Shown here: positions 7,874-14,580 of the stretch, one piece after another
How the letters are laid out: every line of letters begins with the position of its first letter
Position numbering within the stretch: the first letter of the stretch is position 1
Virus record (IMG/VR): IMGVR_UViG_3300046491_000064
Span: 1 to 40,059 of that record
Direction: 5' to 3' (one strand)
From: a virus
Taxonomy: Duplodnaviria > Heunggongvirae > Uroviricota > Caudoviricetes
Length of the DNA: 40,059 nt
Program-made: the position numbers and the translations under genes
Notes under the pieces: model-generated
Databases searched by the model: none
What the model saw: the letters and a program-made list of their open reading frames with translations, nothing else
Told to the model about the DNA's origin: nothing

Positions 7874-8134
7874 ATGCCAACTCTCTTTAAAGAAACCATC
7901 GCCAAAAACACCGTTGAAATGTCTGTCTGCGATTGTGAGATTTTCGTCTTTCATTACAAGGGCGAGAATGACTATAAGGTCTGGAAATACGAACAAACAT
8001 CAGATGGTATGCATCTGGCTTTGAATGCGTATGAAAGCGTTATCACTGAACTTCTTGCACTTGAGTCAGCAAAGGCAGACGAAGAAGAAGGTTTGTATGA
8101 TGATGGGTATGAATTCCCCGCCGAAGAAGAATAA
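7874..8134 (+). CDS. early hypothetical protein with acidic C-terminus (86 aa)
   Basis: AAGGT SD. Confidence 0.75.
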   Translation: MPTLFKETIAKNTVEMSVCDCEIFVFHYKGENDYKVWKYEQTSDGMHLALNAYESVITELLALESAKADEEEGLYDDGYEFPAEEE

Positions 8135-8148
8135 CCTAATGATTGAAT

Positions 8149-8174
8149 AAGCCCCTTAAATGGGGCTTTTCTTT
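8149..8174 (+). terminator. intrinsic terminator AAGCCCC-TTAAAT-GGGGCTT + T tract
   Basis: Copy of 5734. Confidence 0.8.
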
Positions 8175-8274
8175 GTCTGCGATTTGTGTATAATGCATCA
8201 ACACGGTAATGAACTGCCGTTCACGGTGTGAGGTCAGGCACGAGACAAACACGCAACCTGCCTGTTGTTTAGAG

Positions 8275-8327
8275 TTGGCATGATAATAGCATAGTAAAAT
8301 AGTTTTAAAGTTGGCACGCTTATTGGT
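8275..8327 (+). promoter_or_regulatory. two sigma54-like boxes (8275 TTGGCATGATAATAGCA; 8311 TTGGCACGCTTATTGGT)
   Basis: First keeps GG-N10-GC; second keeps TGGCACG and TTG. Confidence 0.35.
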
Positions 8328-8445
8328 ACGCTGTTTTAAGACAAAAGACATACCAGCATCAGGGGTGCGACTAAACGTTGCTGAAATCGCGTTATAGGAG
8401 CTTTGAGCGGGTCTTAAACTTTTCTAATAATTCTCTAAATAATTG

Positions 8446-8473
8446 TTGACTACTTTTCTAAATCAGGTAGAAT
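8446..8473 (+). promoter_or_regulatory. early promoter TTGACT-16-TAGAAT with TTTTCTAAAT box
   Basis: Extra box copy upstream at 8431-8440. Confidence 0.8.
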
Positions 8474-8513
8474 GAACCCATCGAAAGCAAACAAGCTTAA
8501 AGGAATCAGCAAA

Positions 8514-8732
8514 ATGGCAACTCAAAAAGAAATCTTCGAATACGCTTACAAAGCTGGTTCCTTGGGTGTCTACAAAGCAAACCCTTTCAACAAACAAACT
8601 CAACCTAAATCATTCGCTACCTTTGTGGCTGGTATCAAAGCTGGTACGGCTGAGAAAGTCACACTGAATGACAGTGTTGAAATCTGCACTGCACGCCGTG
8701 AAGCTGCTTTCGAATTGTTCATGAAAGCCTAA
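8514..8732 (+). CDS. early hypothetical protein (MATQKE..., 72 aa)
   Basis: AAGGA SD. Confidence 0.75.
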   Translation: MATQKEIFEYAYKAGSLGVYKANPFNKQTQPKSFATFVAGIKAGTAEKVTLNDSVEICTARREAAFELFMKA

Positions 8733-8740
8733 ATAAACAC

Positions 8741-8769
8741 TTGCAATGAGGGTATTGCTTTGATAGAAT
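8741..8769 (+). promoter_or_regulatory. early promoter TTGCAA-17-TAGAAT
   Basis: GCAAT-GAGGGT-ATTGC inverted repeat at 8743-8758. Confidence 0.7.
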
Positions 8770-8796
8770 ACCCACACACTCAAAGGAGTAAAGAAC

Positions 8797-8961
8797 ATGA
8801 TTAAACTTTGCCCATGCTGTAATACCCCTTTCACAAGCGGGACCGGTTATGAGGCTGATGTCTACAGCGACGGTCAAGCGCTTGAATATTGCTCTGCCGA
8901 ATGTGCAGAACACGCATCCGATGAACATCAAGAATACCTCGACAGCTATGATGTCGATTGA
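8797..8961 (+). CDS. small Cys-rich, probably zinc-binding protein (CPCC...YCSAEC, 54 aa; not in ORF track)
   Basis: AAGGAG SD and own promoter. Confidence 0.7.
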   Translation: MIKLCPCCNTPFTSGTGYEADVYSDGQALEYCSAECAEHASDEHQEYLDSYDVD

Positions 8962-8970
8962 AAATAAAGC

Positions 8971-8998
8971 TTGTAACCTTCTCTAAATGAGGTACAAT
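8971..8998 (+). promoter_or_regulatory. early promoter TTGTAA-16-TACAAT with TTCTCTAAAT box
   Basis: Same register as the family. Confidence 0.75.
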
Positions 8999-9052
8999 GC
9001 TAAACAAGGAAAGGGCGAATAGGTCGCCCAATCCACACAAAGGAACTTTGGA

Positions 9053-9277
9053 ATGATCGATATCACGACAGCAACAAAACTTGGCGAGATTCTGGAAACT
9101 GCCGCAAATGAATATCGAATCCGAATGGATTGCCAGTTTCAATACGATTCGTTTGCTGATGCTGTCGGTCGTGAATTCTGGTTAGCCTTTGGAAAGCATG
9201 AGCAATCATCGCTCATGCAAGAAGTGTATTCTTTGCTTTGTGACATGGGTTTCACTCCGCTTGAAACCTTGAAGTAA
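9053..9277 (+). CDS. last early hypothetical protein (74 aa)
   Basis: AAGGA SD. Confidence 0.75.
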   Translation: MIDITTATKLGEILETAANEYRIRMDCQFQYDSFADAVGREFWLAFGKHEQSSLMQEVYSLLCDMGFTPLETLK

Positions 9278-9283
9278 CCAAAC

Positions 9284-9311
9284 AAGCCCCTCACAGAAGA
9301 GGCTTTTCTTT
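9284..9311 (+). terminator. imperfect intrinsic terminator ending the early block
   Basis: AAGCC..CTC/GAG-GCTT stem followed by TTCTTT. Confidence 0.6.
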
Positions 9312-9368
9312 ATGTCGCAATTATGTACGAATGTCGCAATTCTATAAAATCAGTTGACAGCATGTCGC
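9312..9368 (+). repeat. ATGTCGC direct repeats (9312, 9331, 9362; also 9952) around a TTGACA-16-TATCTT promoter candidate at 9354
   Basis: ATGTCGCAATT occurs twice exactly, then ATGTCGCTATT. Confidence 0.6.
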
Positions 9369-9399
9369 TATTCTGTATCTTTATGTCCCAAAAGGGTAT

Positions 9400-10150
9400 A
9401 GTCAGAACTGACTGTTTCACGATAAAATGCTCTTATCTTCGGGGGCTGCCCCCGGACGTGATAGAGAGAGGTGGGACAAGCCCACCAAAGTATTAGAAAG
9501 AATGTATATTATGTACGTAGTACATAGTAATAAGGTGTTACTATGCTGTAGCATAGAATAACATAGGAAAGAGAGGGGAGTAAACCCCCCTCCTACTACC
9601 TTCTATAATGCACTGTCGTGAACGACAGAATAACAGACTCTACATCAGATCAATTACAGGGGAAGCATCCCCTGATCCTATCCTAGCTCTGTACAAGGTA
9701 CAGAATAGCTATCATGTCTGTCTTTGTATAAGACACCATCCTATAGGCATAGCCTATGTAATACCCTCATTTAATCAAACTCTTATATTACGTGGCTTTG
9801 AGCCACAAGGTATAACCATTTCACCTCATTTATGAGGTAATAAGCCTATTCTGGTATATGTGAATACTCGTCGAAGAATGAGACATTTCTGTCTATTGGC
9901 TAAGCATCCCTTTCTCATTATGTCAATAGTATCCTGTCGAACAGACAGTAAATGTCGCATTTATGTACATTTCATATGCATTATCGAATCCTATTGAGTG
10001 GATCATTCTAATAGGAAAGATATATTGTACAATCGTTGATCATCAGCGTATGCTGATCAGTGTGGTGTGTATGCCTGTGCAATGCAGGCGGTAAGCAATC
10101 AACGTGCCATGTTCAATCCCCAATCAAATGTAGTCTGACCCTAGTGAGGG
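9400..10150. repeat. array of about 19 short inverted repeats of unrelated sequence
   Basis: Mostly 5-7 bp Watson-Crick stems with 2-5 nt loops; listed in findings. Confidence 0.8.
10094..10110 (-). promoter_or_regulatory. sigma54 consensus box ATGGCACGTTGATTGCT
   Basis: Full TGGCAC-N5-TTGC match. Confidence 0.5.
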
Positions 10151-10212
10151 AGGGCATATTGCTCTACGCATAACTGTTATTATGTTAAATCGGCAGGTAT
10201 AGTAATTGCATT

Positions 10213-10229
10213 AGCAAAGAGTGTGCCAA
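10213..10229 (-). promoter_or_regulatory. sigma54 consensus box TTGGCACACTCTTTGCT
   Basis: Full TGGCAC-N5-TTGC match. Confidence 0.5.
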
Positions 10230-10486
10230 TTCAGCTATATGATGATAGTGGTTGACAGAATGACATGAGTATGATTTGAATCTGGACCGATAGCCTGTCT
10301 CTACGGATTTTGAGATTCTTATAGACCCCCTCTATTCGTCCAAGTCCGGGGCGTTAAACCCACTAGAAATACCGCTGGTAGATTCGGGAAGATAAGTGTT
10401 GCGGAGGGATTGTGTATCGGGGTAGAATATGTCATTGGTGGAAATTGGGCTTTCCAAAAATGGGGGTTTGGGATTTTGGGGAAAAT

Positions 10487-10511
10487 GAAAAAGCCCCTAC
10501 AGAGAGGGGCT
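10487..10511 (-). terminator. intrinsic terminator ending the minus-strand block
   Basis: AGCCCCT/AGGGGCT stem followed by TTTTT on the minus strand. Confidence 0.75.
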
Positions 10512-10649
10512 AGTTTGTGCATCTAGTTCTTTTAACTTCAGTCGAATCCAGTCAATTCGTTCTTGTCCTGTCATTCCTTTTCTTGGAAATGAAATGGTGC
10601 CACTGTTGATTGACTTAGTGATCTTGTCCATGTCGAAATTGAAAGTCAT
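10497..10649 (-). CDS. hypothetical protein (MTFNFDMD..., 50 aa; not in ORF track)
   Basis: ATGA overlap with upstream gene; stop lies inside the terminator. Confidence 0.5.
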   Translation of the reverse strand: MTFNFDMDKITKSINSGTISFPRKGMTGQERIDWIRLKLKELDAQTSPSL

Positions 10650-10888
10650 GATAGTGCTGATTTTGGAATGTCATTGAGTTGTTCGGGGAATGTTCCTCCT
10701 TGGTCTTCTAGCCATTCGTTGTCTACTTCGTATTGAGTTACTGATTCGATGTAATGATATGTGATTAGCTCTATCCAGTCTGAATTAGAAAGGCTATGTT
10801 TCTCTGTCCAGAGTTGACCATCGAGGTATAGGCCGATCCAGTCGCAATCGGTTGATGTACAGAGTGTAACATTCTTATGCACTACCAT
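10646..10888 (-). CDS. hypothetical protein (80 aa)
   Basis: AAGGAG SD, operon context. Confidence 0.7.
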   Translation of the reverse strand: MVVHKNVTLCTSTDCDWIGLYLDGQLWTEKHSLSNSDWIELITYHYIESVTQYEVDNEWLEDQGGTFPEQLNDIPKSALS

Positions 10889-11195
10889 TGTCTTCTCCTT
10901 TTGGTTTATCGATTGTTCCGTAGAGTCTCATGTTCTCAAGCATTTGATGAGCGTCATCGATAGCTGATTGATAGTCGTCGTAATCTTCTAGCGGTGTAAT
11001 CTCTGACCATTCGATGTAGAAGATGTCGTACATTTTGCTTGGGTATGCACGGTAATCTTTCACTCGTGTCCAGTCTACTTCATAGTCGTTATCTTTGAAG
11101 ACTGTTGGTAGTCCAAGCATTCGAAGGTGTGTCATTGGTGACAGGTTTGAGCCTACCATTTCTAATGCTGATATTGATATGCTACGTCTGGTCAT
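10875..11195 (-). CDS. hypothetical protein (MTRRS...)
   Basis: ATGA overlap with the CYTH stop. Confidence 0.65.
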   Translation of the reverse strand: MTRRSISISALEMVGSNLSPMTHLRMLGLPTVFKDNDYEVDWTRVKDYRAYPSKMYDIFYIEWSEITPLEDYDDYQSAIDDAHQMLENMRLYGTIDKPKGEDNGSA

Positions 11196-11662
11196 TCTTT
11201 CCATCCTTTGTACGGATTGTTGATCAGGTAGGAGTTGTAGTAACGGACATCGCCTGTCACTTCCTTGCCTACGAATGGTGGCTTACTCACCTTTTGGTCT
11301 TCATCTCTGAGTTCGATTTCAGCGAGTATCAATCCTTCGTTGTCACCATGGAATTCGTCTACTTCCCAATACTCTTCGTCGTACATGATAAGGTATCGGG
11401 TCTTTTCGATCACGCCTACGCAGAGTGCTAGTAATTCTTCGGCTTCATCAACCTCAATGTCTTTTTCCCATTCATACCGGGATAGTCCGTCATCAGATGA
11501 AATGCCTTTGACTGTGATGAAAGCTAAGTTGCCATGAATACGCACACGAACAGTTCGTTCGGGGTCAATGCTTAGATACCCTTGTTTAATCTCTTTCGCT
11601 TCAATGTATGGTGTTGACAGCGTGCTAGCATCAACTAGGTACTTTCTTTCAATTTCGATCAT
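11192..11662 (-). CDS. CYTH-domain protein (class IV adenylate cyclase / triphosphate tunnel metalloenzyme)
   Basis: EIERKY N-terminal ExExK motif, RTVRVR, RYEWE, IEKTR, EVDEF, LAEIE; start at ATG 11662 with GGAG SD. Confidence 0.9.
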   Translation of the reverse strand: MIEIERKYLVDASTLSTPYIEAKEIKQGYLSIDPERTVRVRIHGNLAFITVKGISSDDGLSRYEWEKDIEVDEAEELLALCVGVIEKTRYLIMYDEEYWEVDEFHGDNEGLILAEIELRDEDQKVSKPPFVGKEVTGDVRYYNSYLINNPYKGWKE

Positions 11663-11729
11663 AGTTTGTTCTCCAGTGCTTTGATTATCAGGTATGTGAA
11701 TACACAGACAGCGAACAGTATGGCCCAAA

Positions 11730-11975
11730 TCACTTCCATACATTTCTCCAAGGTTGCCGACAGATAATAAAGTCTGTCCAGTGTGAGTATCCGCCCACAC
11801 CGGTTCCGTTGTAATACTCTGCCCACATGTAAGCGTAGTTGAGGTCATCTTCTTCAATGCAGTGTACGCAGCTTACCATGTAGTTTGATGCATTCTCTAC
11901 AAAGCTTGTATTGCGGTGTCTGGATTTGATTGGACCTACACGTTTACGAAGGCAGCAAGGACATTGTTTTCTCAT
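11730..11975 (-). CDS. hypothetical Cys-rich protein (CPCC...CVHC)
   Basis: ATGA overlap. Confidence 0.65.
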   Translation of the reverse strand: MRKQCPCCLRKRVGPIKSRHRNTSFVENASNYMVSCVHCIEEDDLNYAYMWAEYYNGTGVGGYSHWTDFIICRQPWRNVWK

Positions 11976-12235
11976 CGTCTAACAACCTTGCCTGTGAATG
12001 TGTAATAGCGTTCTTCATCCTTTACGCTATCGATCATATAACGTTTAGTGCAGTCTAGGCATTTCACGTTGATCCAGAATTCACGATTAGTGAAACAGTC
12101 ACTGTCACTGCTTTCATATTCACCTTCAGTTTTATGGTGGGGGCATTTGCTTTGAAGGTGTTGCAGTTCAGATACGAGTCTGTTCTGCATGTCTGTGATT
12201 CTTTTTACTTTCTCACGAATAGTCATAGTGCTCAC
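11972..12235 (-). CDS. hypothetical protein (87 aa)
   Basis: Coupled overlaps on both sides. Confidence 0.7.
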   Translation of the reverse strand: MSTMTIREKVKRITDMQNRLVSELQHLQSKCPHHKTEGEYESSDSDCFTNREFWINVKCLDCTKRYMIDSVKDEERYYTFTGKVVRR

Positions 12236-12462
12236 CAGACAAACCTCGAACCGGGTAGAAGTACAAACCCGCTGTATTCAGGGTAATTGGTATCGATGTA
12301 TTCACGTAGTTCTTGCTCATCCCACATTGATGGAATGCTGAATGTTGTCTCGTATGCGTCTATGCGTCCTCCATAGATTTCAACATTCGATTCTGATTCG
12401 TGACAGCAGCCGTCGCCACATGCTTCGAATGTAAAGTATTCGTATCGGATTGAGTAGTTCAT
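12232..12462 (-). CDS. hypothetical protein (76 aa)
   Basis: AAGGAG SD, overlaps. Confidence 0.7.
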   Translation of the reverse strand: MNYSIRYEYFTFEACGDGCCHESESNVEIYGGRIDAYETTFSIPSMWDEQELREYIDTNYPEYSGFVLLPGSRFVW

Positions 12463-12647
12463 TTGTTCTCCTTGGCTTGCTGTAGTGCATGTTCTAGCAC
12501 TTCAATTGCATTAGGCCAACTACCATCAAGCACAGCCTGATTGTAACCAGCATCTATACTATCGTTCATGTACCTATCAATGAAGTCATGAGACACTTCA
12601 CGTTCACGCAAGTGACGTAGATCGTCACACATTTGACACTTACACAT
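12459..12647 (-). CDS. hypothetical protein (MCKCQMC..., 62 aa)
   Basis: AAGGAGG SD at corrected start. Confidence 0.7.
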   Translation of the reverse strand: MCKCQMCDDLRHLREREVSHDFIDRYMNDSIDAGYNQAVLDGSWPNAIEVLEHALQQAKENK

Positions 12648-12657
12648 TTTAGCCTCC

Positions 12658-13044
12658 TTATTCAAATTCGTCTTGAAGTGCGATATCGATCCACTCACGA
12701 AGTTCACCGACATCAGAACCCCAAATATTGCGAGTGTGAAAACCGATTGACATGAAGCAACCATTGTCAGCAAGCCAGATGCAGATACGATGACCAGTTG
12801 GTTCAAATGTTAACCCGTATGGTGAACGAATTCTTGTGATGAGGTACATACACTGATCAACTGTCAGTGGTTCGTTGCTTACAACAGACTGTGCTTCGAC
12901 ACCGCACATCCCAAAACTGCGATGGTATGGGCTACTTTCAGGAAATGGTGCTACATGCCATACTACAGTGTCAGCATATTCGAAACGAGGTGACCCCGGA
13001 AGGGATTTGTTGTCTTTGCTGATGTTGATTTGTGTCCGTTTCAT
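12658..13044 (-). CDS. hypothetical protein (128 aa)
   Basis: GGAGGGG SD. Confidence 0.75.
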   Translation of the reverse strand: MKRTQINISKDNKSLPGSPRFEYADTVVWHVAPFPESSPYHRSFGMCGVEAQSVVSNEPLTVDQCMYLITRIRSPYGLTFEPTGHRICIWLADNGCFMSIGFHTRNIWGSDVGELREWIDIALQDEFE

Positions 13045-13205
13045 TTCCCCTCCGCGATGAGTTTACGTTCGACTTGTTTAATCAATTGCCAACTGGTATT
13101 TAGGTAAGCTTCTCTGCTTTCGATTGTCCACAGATAGTTCCGTGAGTTAGCCGTTGATAATAGCAGGTCGGTCAGCATTGTCAAGTATTCGCGATGAACG
13201 ATCAT
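13041..13205 (-). CDS. hypothetical protein (MIVHREY..., 54 aa; not in ORF track)
   Basis: AAGGAG SD, ATGA overlap. Confidence 0.6.
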   Translation of the reverse strand: MIVHREYLTMLTDLLLSTANSRNYLWTIESREAYLNTSWQLIKQVERKLIAEGK

Positions 13206-13215
13206 TTTGTTCTCC

Positions 13216-13401
13216 TTATGCTAATTGAATTGCGATACCCCAAAGGGTAAGGCTACCGATGCTAAACAGAAGTGCGATCAATTCCCACCTGTCTCTCCAA
13301 AGGTTTGTATATCGATGGTCGGCTACATTCATTGCAATCAGTGAGACGGCAAAGAATAAAAAGCCAATCAACCACAGCATGTCTGCCAGCGTTCCATTCA
13401 T
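13216..13401 (-). CDS. small two-helix membrane protein (61 aa)
   Basis: Two hydrophobic segments, AAGGA SD. Confidence 0.7.
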   Translation of the reverse strand: MNGTLADMLWLIGFLFFAVSLIAMNVADHRYTNLWRDRWELIALLFSIGSLTLWGIAIQLA

Positions 13402-13412
13402 TTTTGTTTTCC

Positions 13413-13628
13413 TTATGTGTAAAATAGTATTTTTGGTTTAGGTGTTTGTTCTTTCTCTTCCCGTATACGAGCTTCTTCAGCTAGAAGATTCCGAAAGTAG
13501 GAATCACAGTCATCAAGACTGTATCGTTCTGCAAGGTGTTCCCAAAATAGAAATGCACGTCTTTGATAAATGCGATATACCTTGTCATTTGGTGAATAAT
13601 GGTATTCTACAACCTTAAATCGATTCAT
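13413..13628 (-). CDS. hypothetical protein (MNRFKVV...)
   Basis: AGGAG SD at ATG 13628. Confidence 0.7.
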   Translation of the reverse strand: MNRFKVVEYHYSPNDKVYRIYQRRAFLFWEHLAERYSLDDCDSYFRNLLAEEARIREEKEQTPKPKILFYT

Positions 13629-13935
13629 ATCGTCTCCTAATTGATCCATCGTTGTTGCATTGTGTCAGTTCATAGCCCGCATACTCAATATCGGGTATTG
13701 AGATGTGTGTAAACCATTCACCTTGTACTCTACGCCTACTGAACAGAGAATGCAAGCCTTTTTCTACATCAATTGCACGGGCGTCTGTCGTTTGCCAGCA
13801 ACGAATGATCTTAATGTGCGTACCAGATGCCAATTCGAGTTGACGCTGGCGTTTTACTGGGTTGATAGCGATTCCAATCTTGTTCAGCTGGTGGTCATTC
13901 TCCATCAGGTATAGTCTTTGATTTTCTCTTACCAT
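13615..13935 (-). CDS. T5orf172 / MUG113-like (GIY-YIG superfamily) protein
   Basis: YLM...KIG...P..R...L ... E..LH..F...RVQGEWF pattern. Confidence 0.8.
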   Translation of the reverse strand: MVRENQRLYLMENDHQLNKIGIAINPVKRQRQLELASGTHIKIIRCWQTTDARAIDVEKGLHSLFSRRRVQGEWFTHISIPDIEYAGYELTQCNNDGSIRRRYESI

Positions 13936-14186
13936 CTGTACGCCTTATTGCTCTGACCATCCATATAACCATCGTGATAGGCTTGCAGAATTTCCATTCT
14001 CGATTTATCAATGGCTTCGAAATGTTTCTGAATTAGCTGGTTGACTTGAGTCTGAGTGTATTTCTTCTCTCCCCTGACTAGGTGGTTATCCCGAACAGTT
14101 GGTGTATAATAATCGTCATCTCGTTGCCCTCCCATACCGCCGTATAGGTCAGGTTCTGAGTCATCCATTGAATATGGTACGTGCAT
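13929..14186 (-). CDS. hypothetical protein (85 aa)
   Basis: AGGAG SD. Confidence 0.7.
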   Translation of the reverse strand: MHVPYSMDDSEPDLYGGMGGQRDDDYYTPTVRDNHLVRGEKKYTQTQVNQLIQKHFEAIDKSRMEILQAYHDGYMDGQSNKAYRW

Positions 14187-14213
14187 TTCATTCTCCTAGA
14201 ATTGGTAAAACCC

Positions 14214-14408
14214 TCAATTAAGAGGGTTCTTTAGTAGTGCGGTCAGGGTATCGATTGTTGACTGATACAGCTTTCGCTCACGATCAAATGCATCTTCAAT
14301 CTGTGTGATCGTGCTCTCATGCGATTGCCAATGTACGTAATCACCAGTGAGTGACTTGTAACCATAAAGGTTTTCAAGCGTACCACTTGTGCAATAGAAC
14401 TTACTCAT
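14214..14408 (-). CDS. hypothetical protein (MSKFYC..., 64 aa)
   Basis: Start reassigned because another ORF occupies 14401-14580. Confidence 0.6.
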   Translation of the reverse strand: MSKFYCTSGTLENLYGYKSLTGDYVHWQSHESTITQIEDAFDRERKLYQSTIDTLTALLKNPLN

Positions 14409-14580
14409 CATCAATGTCCTCATCGTTGTAAAGTCGAACGACATCATCACCGCCACCATATGTCATGCTTGATACGCCGAACCAACCAATGGCATCGGGG
14501 CAAAAGATTTGCACACATTGGTCTTCGCCACACATGATAGCGATTGATTCCAGTTTGTTGATCAGTTTACGAATGTTCAT
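14401..14580 (-). CDS. hypothetical protein (MNIRKLINK..., 59 aa; not in ORF track)
   Basis: ATGA overlap with upstream gene. Confidence 0.65.
   Translation of the reverse strand: MNIRKLINKLESIAIMCGEDQCVQIFCPDAIGWFGVSSMTYGGGDDVVRLYNDEDIDDE

Noticed and set aside
362-8998. Recurring 30-40 nt repeats as a CRISPR array
   Set aside because: Repeats are degenerate promoters separated by whole genes of variable length; no constant repeat-spacer period and no cas genes.
9608-9835. 75-aa ORF, and 10319-10522 on the minus strand, in the terminal gap
   Set aside because: No convincing SD, atypical composition, and 9608-9835 runs through the hairpin array.
10252-10275. Promoter TTGACA ... TATGAT
   Set aside because: Spacer is only 12 bp.
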